Below, piece by piece: positions 1 to 9,171 of a stretch of 64,000 bases of DNA (its first letter is position 1; each line of letters starts with the position of its first letter). Both the position numbers and the translations under genes were made by a program. The notes below the pieces were generated by a model. The model had not been told where the DNA came from and made no database searches. It was given only the letters and a program-made list of their open reading frames with translations. The DNA is from an uncultured delta proteobacterium. Lineage in GTDB: Bacteria > Desulfobacterota > Binatia > HRBIN30 > BPIQ01. Location of the stretch: assembly GCA_963761335.1 (NCBI GenBank), contig CAVXGR010000017.1, forward strand, positions 256,001-320,000, given 5' to 3'.

Positions 1-284
1 CCCACACCGTGGTGCGCAAGACGGCGCACCTCAGCGAGTACTGCGTCCTCGGTCTGCTCGCCTTCTGGGCCGGGCGCGGCGGCCGCACCCCGCGCTGGAA
101 GGCGAGATGGATGGTGCAGGCGCTGGTGATCGCCGGTCTCTGGGCCGGCATCGACGAGCTGCACCAGACCTTTACCGCCGACCGCACCCCGTCGATGTAC
201 GACAGTGGCATCGACTTCATCGGTGCGGCGATCGGTCAGCTGTTCGTCTACGTCGGTCATCTCTGGCGCAGTCGGCGACATTGA
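1..284 (+). CDS. VanZ family membrane protein (5' end probably outside window)
   Basis: RKTAHLSEY..LG and DELHQTFTADR..S..D...D motifs typical of VanZ-like proteins. Confidence 0.8.
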   Translation, partial: HTVVRKTAHLSEYCVLGLLAFWAGRGGRTPRWKARWMVQALVIAGLWAGIDELHQTFTADRTPSMYDSGIDFIGAAIGQLFVYVGHLWRSRRH

Positions 285-414
285 GTGCGCTGTCGTTTTA
301 CGGATTTCCCCCGAGGTTGCAAACCGCCGCCGCCGAGACAAGCCTTCACGCGACGGCGTTTGCCCCATATAGTCGGCGCATACGCTACACCGGGAGAATC
401 TGGAAGGAGTCGGA

Positions 415-1671
415 ATGGCGGTCGAGATCACCATGCCCAAGCTGAGCGACACCATGGAGGAGGGGAAGATCCTGCGCTGGCTCAAGAAGGAAGGCGACGC
501 CGTGGAGGCGGGCGAGGTGATCGCCGAGGTCGAGACCGACAAGGCGGACATGGAGCTGGAGGCGTCGGCGACGGGTGTGCTCGCCGAGATTCGCGTCGCC
601 GAGGGGGCGAATGCGGCCGTCGGCGCCGTGGTCGCCGTTCTCGATGGCGGCGGCCGCGCCTCGCGTCCTGCATCGCCTCCGTCCCCGGAGTCGCGTGCCC
701 CTGTCCAGAAGCCGGCGCCGGCCGAGCCGCCGCCGGCGCGTCCCACGAGCGGCACACCGCGGGTGTCACCGCTGGCACGGCGCATCGCCGATGAGAAAGG
801 CGTCAACCTGCGCCAGGTGCGCGGCAGCGGCCCGGAGGGGCGGATCACCCGCCGCGACGTCGAGCAGGTCGGCGGGGAAGGCGAGGTGGCCCGCCCTGGC
901 GAGGCTTCCGCCGAGCCCGCATCGCGCCGGACGGGCGCCGCCGCCGCGGACGCTCCTCGCCGGGTCGAGAGATCCGGCGGCGCGCCGGCAGAAGTCCAGC
1001 GGCTCGAGCTCTCGAAGATGCGGCAGACGATCGCGCGGCGCATGACCGAGGCCAAGCGCGACATCCCGCACTTCTACGTCACTGCCGAGATCGACATGTC
1101 GGCGGCGACGGAGATGCGGGAATCGATCCGCGCCATGGTCGACGACAAGGTCACCATCACCCACCTGATCCTCAAGGCGGCGGCGCTGGCCCTCAAGGAG
1201 CACCCGCGCGTCAATGGTCGCCTGGTGGACGGCGCTGTGGAGATCGGGCCGGCGGTCAACCTCGGCGTTGCCGTGGCCGTCGAGGACGGTCTCCTGCTGC
1301 CGGTCATCCACGGCTGCGAGCGCCTGTCGATCGGCGAGATCGCCGCCGAGGCGCGGCGCCTGGTGGAGCGCGCCCGCGACGGGCACTTCTCCGGCGACGA
1401 GCTCAAGGGCGGCACCTTCTCGGTGTCCAACATGGGGATGCTCGACATCGAGGAGTTCTCCGCGGTGATCAACCCGCCGCAGGCCGCCATCCTCGCCGTC
1501 GGCGCGATCAAGGATCGAGCGGTGGTGCGCCGCGGGCAGCTCGCGGTGGGGCGCACCATGCGCGTGACCCTGTCGTGCGACCACCGCCAGCTGAACGGAG
1601 TCGAAGGCGGCCGCTTTCTCGAGACTCTGAAGCGGCTTCTGGAAAACCCCGTCTCGCTGGTACTCGGATGA
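415..1671 (+). CDS. Dihydrolipoamide acyltransferase (E2) of a 2-oxoacid dehydrogenase complex, PDH-like
   Basis: Lipoyl domain (EVETDKA), E3-binding domain (SPLARRIA..GSGPEGRI) and catalytic domain (GGTFSVSNMG...DHR); RBS GGAG upstream. Confidence 0.93.
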   Translation: MAVEITMPKLSDTMEEGKILRWLKKEGDAVEAGEVIAEVETDKADMELEASATGVLAEIRVAEGANAAVGAVVAVLDGGGRASRPASPPSPESRAPVQKPAPAEPPPARPTSGTPRVSPLARRIADEKGVNLRQVRGSGPEGRITRRDVEQVGGEGEVARPGEASAEPASRRTGAAAADAPRRVERSGGAPAEVQRLELSKMRQTIARRMTEAKRDIPHFYVTAEIDMSAATEMRESIRAMVDDKVTITHLILKAAALALKEHPRVNGRLVDGAVEIGPAVNLGVAVAVEDGLLLPVIHGCERLSIGEIAAEARRLVERARDGHFSGDELKGGTFSVSNMGMLDIEEFSAVINPPQAAILAVGAIKDRAVVRRGQLAVGRTMRVTLSCDHRQLNGVEGGRFLETLKRLLENPVSLVLG

Positions 1672-2414
1672 GCGCCGTGCTCCTCTCCGATCGCCTGCGC
1701 CCCCAGTCGCCGGCGGAGAGCACCGCCACCTCCGCCGATGCCCGGCCTCTCCGCATCGAGCGGCTCGGGCGGGTGGAGTACGCGGCGGCGCTGGATCTAC
1801 AGGAAAGGCGGGTCGCCGAGAAGCTCGCCGGCGCCGCCTCCGACACGCTCCTTCTTCTCGAGCACGACCCCGTCTACACGCTCGGCCGCGGCGCCCGCAC
1901 CGAGGATCTGTGCGGGGCGCCGGAGAGGCTGGGAGTGCCGGTCCATCGCGTCGGCCGCGGCGGCGGTGTCACCTTCCACGGCCCGGGCCAGCTGGTCGCC
2001 TACCCGATCATGTCGCTGGCGCGACACGGGCGCGACGTGCACCGCTACGTGCGGCGCCTCGAAGACGTGCTCATCGCCGTCTGTGCCGGGCTCGGAGTCG
2101 CGGCGCGCCGCCGCGAGGGGCTGGTGGGGGTCTGGGTGGAGGATCGCAAGATCGCCTCCATCGGCGTCGGCATCCGCCGTTGGGTCACCTTTCACGGCAT
2201 CGCTCTCAATGTTTCTACCGACCTGACCTACTTCGAGGCCATCGTCCCCTGTGCGATGCCCGCCGTCCGGGTCACCTCCCTGCGGCAGGAGATGGCGGCG
2301 GCGCCATCCCTCGCTGCCGTCGAGAATCTCTTCGCCGACGAGTTCGAAAGGGTGTTCGCCGCTCCCCGCGGGGCCCGCGCCGCCACCGTCGCGCGCGCCT
2401 CTCCAACTCCCTGA
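1668..2414 (+). CDS. lipB: Lipoyl(octanoyl) transferase
   Basis: LEHDPVYTLG, RGGGVTFHGPGQLVAY, KIASIG, HGIALNV, IVPC motifs; ATGA overlap with the E2 stop. Confidence 0.93.
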   Translation: MSAVLLSDRLRPQSPAESTATSADARPLRIERLGRVEYAAALDLQERRVAEKLAGAASDTLLLLEHDPVYTLGRGARTEDLCGAPERLGVPVHRVGRGGGVTFHGPGQLVAYPIMSLARHGRDVHRYVRRLEDVLIAVCAGLGVAARRREGLVGVWVEDRKIASIGVGIRRWVTFHGIALNVSTDLTYFEAIVPCAMPAVRVTSLRQEMAAAPSLAAVENLFADEFERVFAAPRGARAATVARASPTP

Positions 2415-2520
2415 AGAGCACCGCGTTTTTCCCATTTACTGTGGACATTGCAAAGCTTTTCTGCGATTGTCCGCGGCGGTGAATCTGGCTGTTTTCAGTA
2501 GACGTGGGAGGTCGTAAGGA

Positions 2521-3123
2521 ATGAAACTCTACAGTTATCCTGACTGCCCGTACTCCCAAAAGGTGCGGGTGGTGCTGGCCGAAAAGGAGCTCTCGTACGA
2601 CATCGTCCCCGTCGATCTGCGCAAGCAGGAGCAGAAGAATCCCGACTTCCTGCGTCTGAACCCCTTCGGCAAGGTGCCGGTTCTGGAGGACGAGGATCTG
2701 GTCGTCTACGACTCGACGATCATCAACGAATACCTGGAAGACGAGTACCCGTTGCCTCACCTGATGCCCGAGGATTCGGCGGGGCGCGCCCGCGTCCGCC
2801 TTCTGGAGGATTACGGAGATGCCTACTTCCTGCCGCGCACGGGTCTGGTGCTCGCCGAGCTGGCGCGACCGGAGGCCGAGCGCGAGGCGGAGCGCCTGCA
2901 GCGCTATCAGAGCGAGATCGGGCGCGGTCTGGCGTGGCTCGACTCCTCGCTGGAAGGGCGCGACTTCCTGGTCGGCGACTTCTCCATCGCCGATATCGCC
3001 TTTGTGCCCGGCGTCATGATTCTCTCCAGCCTGGGAGCCGAGGTGGACCCCCGCTGGAAGAACCTCGCCGGTTGGATCGCTCGCCTGCGCGAGCGCCCGG
3101 GCGTGCAGAGTCTCGGACTCTGA
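2521..3123 (+). CDS. Glutathione S-transferase family protein
   Basis: CPYSQKVR, NPFGKVPVL, YDSTIINEYL, FSIADIA. Confidence 0.92.
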   Translation: MKLYSYPDCPYSQKVRVVLAEKELSYDIVPVDLRKQEQKNPDFLRLNPFGKVPVLEDEDLVVYDSTIINEYLEDEYPLPHLMPEDSAGRARVRLLEDYGDAYFLPRTGLVLAELARPEAEREAERLQRYQSEIGRGLAWLDSSLEGRDFLVGDFSIADIAFVPGVMILSSLGAEVDPRWKNLAGWIARLRERPGVQSLGL

Positions 3124-3126
3124 GCG

Positions 3127-3420
3127 ATGGCCGACCGGACCTACAAGCTGATCGAGCTTGTCGGCGTCTCGGAGAACAGCTACGCCGAGGCGACGCAGAA
3201 TGCGGTGAAGAAGGCCTCGGAGAGCCTCAAGGGTCTGAGCTGGTTCGAGGTCAGCGAGATGCGCGGCGTGATTGCCGACGGGCGCGTCTCCGAGTTCCAG
3301 GTGAAGCTCAAGGTCGGCTTTCGGCTTCTCGACGGCGATGATCTCGGCGCCGAGGTGATCCCGGTGCGCACGGCACGGCGGCGCATGCGGGCGGTGCGCC
3401 GCGGCTCCCGCGTCCGCTGA
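3127..3420 (+). CDS. Dodecin (flavin-binding) with Arg-rich C-terminal extension
   Basis: YKLIELVGVS..S...A...A, WFEV.E.RG, FQVKLKVGFRL. Confidence 0.88.
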   Translation: MADRTYKLIELVGVSENSYAEATQNAVKKASESLKGLSWFEVSEMRGVIADGRVSEFQVKLKVGFRLLDGDDLGAEVIPVRTARRRMRAVRRGSRVR

Positions 3421-3446
3421 TCCCGCTTCTGCCGCTCCCACCCCCG

Positions 3447-3500
3447 TTGACAGCCCTGCCTGTTTCCGGCAGGGTCTGCTTATCAGGAATTATTCTCAAT
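3447..3500 (+). promoter_or_regulatory. Probable promoter (TTGACA at 3447-3452) and AT-rich Fur/PerR-type operator TCAGGAATTATTCTCAA (3483-3499)
   Basis: Perfect -35 hexamer and an imperfect palindrome upstream of the rubrerythrin operon, which ends in a Fur-family gene. Confidence 0.55.
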
Positions 3501-3522
3501 TGTCTGAACAGGAGGGTTGTAC

Positions 3523-3948
3523 ATGGCAAAATCGATTTCTGGGTCCAAGACCCACGAGAACCTGAAGACTGCCTTCGCGGGCGAGTCGCAGGCAAACCGT
3601 CGCTATCTGTACTTCGCCCGTCGCGCCGACATCGAGGGGTACCCCGAGATCGGCGGTCTCTTCCGCGACACCTCGGAGGCGGAGACGGGACACGCGTTCG
3701 GTCATATGGATTTCCTCAAGCAGGTGGGCGATCCGGTCACCAACGTGCCGATCGGCGACACCGCCGCCAATCTGAAGTCGGCGGTCGAGGGGGAGACCTA
3801 CGAGTACACCGAGATGTACCCCGGCTTCGCCAGAACGGCTCGCGACGAGGGCTACGAGGAGATCGCCGAGTGGTTCGAGACTCTGGCGCGCGCCGAGAAG
3901 TCGCACGCCGGCCGCTTCTCCAAGGGCCTCGAGAACCTCAAGCTGTGA
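3523..3948 (+). CDS. Rubrerythrin (short, no rubredoxin domain)
   Basis: AFAGESQANRRY, ETGHA, GETYEYTEMYP, AEKSH diiron ligands; RBS GGAGGG. Confidence 0.93.
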   Translation: MAKSISGSKTHENLKTAFAGESQANRRYLYFARRADIEGYPEIGGLFRDTSEAETGHAFGHMDFLKQVGDPVTNVPIGDTAANLKSAVEGETYEYTEMYPGFARTARDEGYEEIAEWFETLARAEKSHAGRFSKGLENLKL

Positions 3949-4006
3949 TCCCGCGCCGCGCAGGGAGCGCGCGCCGCTCCCTGCGCCGGCGAGCCCGAGG
4001 GCTCCC

Positions 4007-4582
4007 TTGAGAAAAGTCAGCCTCGACGACATCGTCGGCCTGTCGCGATACGAGGAGATCCGCGACGACTTCCGCCGCCGCATCATCGCTCTCAAGAAGA
4101 ACCGGCGTCTGTCTGTCGGCGACGAGATCACCTTCGTCTTCGAGAGCTTCGACACGGTACTCTTCCAGATTCAGGAGATGATCCGCGCCGAGCACCTCGG
4201 CGACCTCGACCGCGTGCGCGCCGAGATCGAGGTCTACAACGAGCTCATTCCGGCGGCCGGAGAGCTGAGCAGCACCATGCTCATCGAGATCACCCAGCAG
4301 GAGCGCATTCGCCCCGAGCTGGTCCGCCTGATCGGCATCGACCGCGCCGTCGCCCTCATCGTGGACGACTGCCGCGTGCCCGGCGTTTTTGAGGGTGGGC
4401 GCAGCAGCGAGGACAAGCTCAGTGCCGTGCAGTACGTTCGCTTCGCCTTCGACGATCGCGCCCGCACGGCCTTCTGCCGGGCCGCGGTTCCGGCGCGGCT
4501 GGTCATCGACCATCCCCACTACCAGGCGGCCGCCGACATCAGTGGGGCGCTGCGACAGGCCCTGATCGAGGATCTCGCGTGA
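4007..4582 (+). CDS. DUF3501 family protein
   Basis: KKNRRLSVGD, FE..DTV.FQIQEM, YNELIP, SAVQYVRF; usual rubrerythrin neighbour. Confidence 0.85.
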   Translation: MRKVSLDDIVGLSRYEEIRDDFRRRIIALKKNRRLSVGDEITFVFESFDTVLFQIQEMIRAEHLGDLDRVRAEIEVYNELIPAAGELSSTMLIEITQQERIRPELVRLIGIDRAVALIVDDCRVPGVFEGGRSSEDKLSAVQYVRFAFDDRARTAFCRAAVPARLVIDHPHYQAAADISGALRQALIEDLA

Positions 4583-4995
4583 GATCCCGCCAGACGCGCC
4601 AGCTCGAAGCGGTGGCGAGCGTGCTCGGCGAGTCGAAGGATCACCCGACGGCGGCGGAGGTTCACGTCCGAGTGCGGAGCCGCTTGCCCAGAGTCAGTCT
4701 CGGCACCGTCTACCGCAACCTCGACAAGCTGATCGAGAGCGGCCGTGCCATCACTGTGCACCTGGGCGGCAGCGCCACGCGCTACGACGGCATGGTCAGC
4801 AAGCACGATCACTTCGTCTGCGATCGCTGTGGAGGCATTACCGATCTGAGCGGCGCCAGGAAGCCGGGAGTCGACATCGCCGACCTGCGGTCCGAGGGGT
4901 ACGCCGTGCACTCGCACAGCCTGGCGGTGTTCGGTGTCTGCGCCGGCTGCCAGCGCGGCGAGGCGCGGCTGCGCGCCGTGACCTCCGTCCGCTGA
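4579..4995 (+). CDS. Fur/PerR family transcriptional repressor
   Basis: HPTA.EV, SLGTVYRNL, HDHFVCDRCG, GVCAGC. Confidence 0.92.
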   Translation: MRSRQTRQLEAVASVLGESKDHPTAAEVHVRVRSRLPRVSLGTVYRNLDKLIESGRAITVHLGGSATRYDGMVSKHDHFVCDRCGGITDLSGARKPGVDIADLRSEGYAVHSHSLAVFGVCAGCQRGEARLRAVTSVR

Positions 4996-5065
4996 TCGCG
5001 GCGGGCATCGACAAGCCCGGGGCAGGCTCCTATAAGGGACGGGCCGGCCGTGGCCGGAGCCGCCG

Positions 5066-5722
5066 ATGGAGCTGCCCCCCGTCATTCCGCTGTTTCCGCT
5101 GCCCAACGTCGTTCTCTTCCCGGGCGTGCCCCTGCCGCTGCACGTCTTCGAGCCCCGCTATCGCGCCATGGTTCGCGACGTCAAGGATGGCCACGGCATG
5201 ATCGGCATGGCTCTTCTCAAGGGCGACTGGCGCGGCGACTACTACGGCAGCCCGGAGATCTTCTCGATCGGCTGCGCCGGCCGCATCGTCAGTCACGAGG
5301 CGCTCGCCGATGGTCGCTTCAACATCCTGCTGCACGGAGTGCGCGAGTTCTGCATTGAGCGCGAGGTGAGCGGCGGCGAGTACCGCCGCGCCGAAGTGCG
5401 CTGGTGCGCGGCCGCCGCCGCGGAGGAGGGCCTTCCCGCGGAGCTTCGCCGGCAGCTGCTGGCGCGCCTCCACGAATGCGTGGCGCTGCACCTCGAGGAG
5501 CCGGCGCGCAAGCTGCTCGACGACCCCTCTCTCGGCGATCCGTTGCTGGTGAACTTCTTCTCTTATGCTCTCGACCTGGCGCCGCTCGAGAAGCAGGGTC
5601 TGCTCGAGGCCCCGACGCTGCTGGCGCGCGCTGAACGCCTGAACCAGGTGATGGAGTTTCACCTCCACGAGGCCCGCTCGGGCGCGACCGGATCGCTGGT
5701 GCGCAGCGACCGCTCGCACTGA
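5066..5722 (+). CDS. LON peptidase substrate-binding (N-terminal) domain protein
   Basis: IPLFPLPNVVLFPG.PLPLHVFEPRYRAMV, EKQGLLE. Confidence 0.88.
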   Translation: MELPPVIPLFPLPNVVLFPGVPLPLHVFEPRYRAMVRDVKDGHGMIGMALLKGDWRGDYYGSPEIFSIGCAGRIVSHEALADGRFNILLHGVREFCIEREVSGGEYRRAEVRWCAAAAAEEGLPAELRRQLLARLHECVALHLEEPARKLLDDPSLGDPLLVNFFSYALDLAPLEKQGLLEAPTLLARAERLNQVMEFHLHEARSGATGSLVRSDRSH

Positions 5723-5790
5723 GGGAGACGCCCCCGCAGCCCGCAGGCGCGACGTCTTTCCGCTATCCTGGCGGCAACGGCGCCTCTCCC

Positions 5791-6486
5791 ATGGGATACG
5801 ACCATCTCGTCTTCGATCTCGACGGCACCCTCGTCGATTCGAGTCGCGACCTCGCAGAGGCGGTGAATCACACGCTGCGCACCCGCGGGCGCCGGCAGCT
5901 GTCGCTGGACACCATCCGCGGCTACGTCGGCGAGGGCGGGCGGGTGCTGATCGAGCGGGCCCTGGGCGAGGCGGAGAATGCCGAGATCGAGGCGGCGCTG
6001 GCGCTCTTTCTCGACTACTACGGCGCGCACCTCCTGGATCACACCACCGCCTACACCGGTATTCCCGAGGCCCTGCGGCAGCTCGCGGCACGGCGGGTGA
6101 CCCTCTCGGTGCTGACCAACAAGCCGGAGGCGCTCAGCCGCGCCGTCCTCGAGGGCGCCGGCATCGGCGGCTGCTTTGCCGCCGTGATCGGTGGCGATAC
6201 GCTGGCGCGCCGCAAACCCGACGCCGCCGGTCTCGAGCATCTTCGCGCCGGCGCCGGCGCGTCCCGGGAGCGCACCGTCATGATCGGCGACTCGGCGATC
6301 GACCTGCGCACGGCGCGCGCCGGCGGTGTAGCGTTTCGCGGCGTCGCCTGGGGGTTCAAGCCGGGAGAGCTGCGCGCCGCCGGCGTCACCCCCCTGCTCG
6401 AGAGGCCCTCCGAGTTGCTGGCGCTGGTGGACGCTGATACTAGCGAGTCGTCCCGGGGGCGAAGGGGCTCCCGCAGCGCCCGGTGA
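5791..6486 (+). CDS. HAD-IA hydrolase, phosphoglycolate phosphatase-like
   Basis: FDLDGTLVDS, TNKP, RKPD, MIGDS..D motifs. Confidence 0.88.
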   Translation: MGYDHLVFDLDGTLVDSSRDLAEAVNHTLRTRGRRQLSLDTIRGYVGEGGRVLIERALGEAENAEIEAALALFLDYYGAHLLDHTTAYTGIPEALRQLAARRVTLSVLTNKPEALSRAVLEGAGIGGCFAAVIGGDTLARRKPDAAGLEHLRAGAGASRERTVMIGDSAIDLRTARAGGVAFRGVAWGFKPGELRAAGVTPLLERPSELLALVDADTSESSRGRRGSRSAR

Positions 6487-6500
6487 CGCGGAGGTGACGG

Positions 6501-6869
6501 ATGGCGAAGGCGAAGACCACGACGGAGCCGCGCGGCTCGACCATCGGCGACTACATCCGCCGACAGCGACAGCTCGCCAATATCTCGCTGCGCAAGATGG
6601 CGCAGCAGAGCGGCATCTCGGCCGCCGTTCTCAAGGACATCGAGAGCGGCCTGCGCAATCCCAGCGGCACGCTGCTGCAGTCGATCGCCGGCGCCCTGCG
6701 CCTGTCCGCCGAGACGCTGTATCTACAGGCGGGCGTCCTCGACCCCCAGGAAGCGGAGGAGAGAGACGTCGTCCGCGAGATTCACCGCGACCCCAATCTC
6801 ACTGGCCGCCAGCGCGAGATCCTCGTCGAGATGTACGAAACCTTCTGCGCTCTGAATGCGAAAGAGTAG
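6501..6869 (+). CDS. XRE-family helix-turn-helix regulator
   Basis: IGDYIRRQR...SLRKMA..SGIS....DIESGLRNPS. Confidence 0.85.
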   Translation: MAKAKTTTEPRGSTIGDYIRRQRQLANISLRKMAQQSGISAAVLKDIESGLRNPSGTLLQSIAGALRLSAETLYLQAGVLDPQEAEERDVVREIHRDPNLTGRQREILVEMYETFCALNAKE

Positions 6870-6987
6870 CTCAGTATCTCAGTATCTCAGTATCTCAGTA
6901 TCTCAGTAGCTCGGTATCCCAGTATCTCGGTGGCTCGGGTGATAACCGAGATACTGAGCCACCGAGCCACAGAATTCCCGGGCTACC
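6865..6987. repeat. 8-bp tandem array (AGTATCTC-type x9) followed by inverted units (GAGATACT-type x~5)
   Basis: Directly visible; lies between convergent genes. Confidence 0.9.
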
Positions 6988-7756
6988 GATCGCCGAACGA
7001 TCCATGCCTTCCCGCCCCAGCGGCGAAGCGCTGGGCGCCGCTGAGTGTTTCGCCGCTGTGCACGACGTCGATGCCGCGGCGGAACTCGGCGCGCAGCGCC
7101 GCCTCGATCGAGAGGCCGTCCTGGGTGTAGGCGGACATGCGGTCGGCGCGCATGCACACCTGCGGGAAGGCGGCGATCTGACGCGCCAGCTCCTCGGCTG
7201 CCTGGCGGCAGGTGCCGTCGTCGACGACGCGGTCGGCGAGGCCGATGCGCAGCGCTTCCTCGGCGCCGACGGGCCGCCCAGTGAGGATCATGTCGAGGGC
7301 GCGGCCGAGACCGACGATACGCGGTAGCCGCACCGTGCCGCCGTCGATCAAGGGCACGCCCCAGCGGCGGCAGAAGACGCCGAACGCGGCGCTGCGCTCC
7401 GCCACCCGGAGGTCGCACCACAGAGCCAGCTCCAGACCTCCGGCGACGGCGTAGCCCGCCACTGCGGCGATTACCGGCTTCGACAGCAGCATGCGCGACG
7501 GACCCATGGGGCCGTCGCCATCCTCGGCGGTGACGTTGCCGCGACCCTCCGCGACCCCTTTCAGGTCGGCGCCGGCGCAGAAGTTTCCTCCGTCGCCGAA
7601 GAGCACCGCGACGTTGGCATGCTCGTCGGCCTCGAACTCGCGGAACGCCGCCGCCAGCTGAGCCGCGGTGTCGCGGTCGACGGCGTTGCGCCGCTCCGGG
7701 CGCGACAGCACCACGGTGAATACCGGTCCATCTCGTTCGATGCGGACTGACATCAT
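6983..7756 (-). CDS. Enoyl-CoA hydratase/crotonase family protein
   Basis: FCAGADLK, KPVIAAVAGYAVAGGLELALWCD, CRRWGVPLIDGGT; ATGA overlap with the upstream gene. Confidence 0.92.
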   Translation of the reverse strand: MMSVRIERDGPVFTVVLSRPERRNAVDRDTAAQLAAAFREFEADEHANVAVLFGDGGNFCAGADLKGVAEGRGNVTAEDGDGPMGPSRMLLSKPVIAAVAGYAVAGGLELALWCDLRVAERSAAFGVFCRRWGVPLIDGGTVRLPRIVGLGRALDMILTGRPVGAEEALRIGLADRVVDDGTCRQAAEELARQIAAFPQVCMRADRMSAYTQDGLSIEAALRAEFRRGIDVVHSGETLSGAQRFAAGAGRHGSFGDR

Positions 7757-9171
7757 CCTTCCTCCTCTGATCGCGTCTCGCCCAGGCGACGCACCCAGCT
7801 CTTGAAGGCCTCGCCGCGCTCGCGGTAGTCGCGGAACAGTCCAAAGCTCGCCGCCGCCGGCGAGTGCAGGCAAACGGTTCCGGCCGGCGTGTGGGCGTAG
7901 GCCAGTCGGACGGCTTCCTCCATGCCTTCGACGAAGAAGGCGCGCGGCTCTGCCATCTCCCCGCGGTGCGCCTCGACCTCCTCCCACACGCGACGGCCCG
8001 TGGTCGGAAAGAGGATCAGGTTGCGGACGCCGCGGCGGAGTAGCTCGCGCGCCAAATTGGCGTAGTCGAGGTGTCGATCGTGGCCGCCGAGCAGAATCGT
8101 CTGCACCCGATCGCCGAGCGCTTCCAGATGGGCGATGGTCGCCTCCGGAACCGTCGCCAGCGAGGCGTTGTAGAAGGTGACGCCGGCGAAGGTGCCGACG
8201 CACTCGAAGCGGTGCTCGAGGGGCTCGAAAGCGCGGACGGCGGCGGCGATCGCCTCCCGGCCAACGCCGAGAGCGTGGCCGACCGCCATCGCCGCCAGCA
8301 CGTTGCGCAGGTTGAAGGAGCCGGCCAGGGGGACCTCGGCGACGCCGACGACAGTTTCCTCGCGGCCGTCGTCGCCGCGCACGAGCAGCGCGCCGTCCCG
8401 CCGAAACCAGCCGGGACCCGGGCGGTCCTCGAGCGAGAACGCCACCGCCCGTGCCGCCGTAGCGCCGGCGAGCCCGGCCGCGATCTCGTCGTCGGCGTTG
8501 TAGATGAAGACGTCGTCTCGTCGCTGAAACCGCGCGATGTTGCCCTTTGCGGCGGCGTACGCGGCGAAGCTGCCGTGGTACTCGAGATGATCCGAGACGA
8601 CATTGAGCAGGACGGCGATGTGCGGGCTGCGGTGCAGGCCTTCGAGCTGATGGCTGGAGAGCTCGTAGACGAAGACGGTGTCGGCGCCCGCCGCCGGCAG
8701 GAGGCGCAGGGGCGGATTGCCGATGTTGCCGACCAGGTGGCTGTCGATGCCGCCGGCGAGGAGAATCCGGTGCGCCAGCGTCGCCGTGGTGCTCTTTCCC
8801 TTGGTGCCGGTGATGCCGACCACGGTCCCCGGACAGCTGTCGAGGAAGAGCTCGGTGTGGGAGCTGAGCGTCGCCCCGCCGGCAATGGCGTCGCGGATCT
8901 GCGGCAGCGACGGCGGAATTCCGGGTGCTTTGATGATCACCTCATAGTCCGTCAGGTGCGCCAAGTGCTCGGCGCCCCAGATGCCGCGCACCTTCGGGTC
9001 GCCGAGCACGCCGCCCCGCGCTTCCGCGTCGAGATTCTCCGGAGCGCAGCGGTCGGCGACGGCGAGCGGCTTTTGCGGAAAGGCGGCGCGCAGGAAGCGC
9101 AGCGTCTCGGTGCCTTCCCGCCCGAGGCCGAGGATGAGCACGGAGGGCTCGGCGAGGTCGGCGACCTTCAT
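7753..9171 (-). CDS. murD: MurD-type ligase, probably MurD2 (UDP-MurNAc-L-Ala:L-Glu ligase)
   Basis: GLGREG, APGI, GITGTKGKSTT, ELSSHQL, DHLEYH, LEHRFE, SPAAASF; coupled to a murL-like gene and outside any dcw cluster. Confidence 0.85.
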   Translation of the reverse strand: MKVADLAEPSVLILGLGREGTETLRFLRAAFPQKPLAVADRCAPENLDAEARGGVLGDPKVRGIWGAEHLAHLTDYEVIIKAPGIPPSLPQIRDAIAGGATLSSHTELFLDSCPGTVVGITGTKGKSTTATLAHRILLAGGIDSHLVGNIGNPPLRLLPAAGADTVFVYELSSHQLEGLHRSPHIAVLLNVVSDHLEYHGSFAAYAAAKGNIARFQRRDDVFIYNADDEIAAGLAGATAARAVAFSLEDRPGPGWFRRDGALLVRGDDGREETVVGVAEVPLAGSFNLRNVLAAMAVGHALGVGREAIAAAVRAFEPLEHRFECVGTFAGVTFYNASLATVPEATIAHLEALGDRVQTILLGGHDRHLDYANLARELLRRGVRNLILFPTTGRRVWEEVEAHRGEMAEPRAFFVEGMEEAVRLAYAHTPAGTVCLHSPAAASFGLFRDYRERGEAFKSWVRRLGETRSEEEG

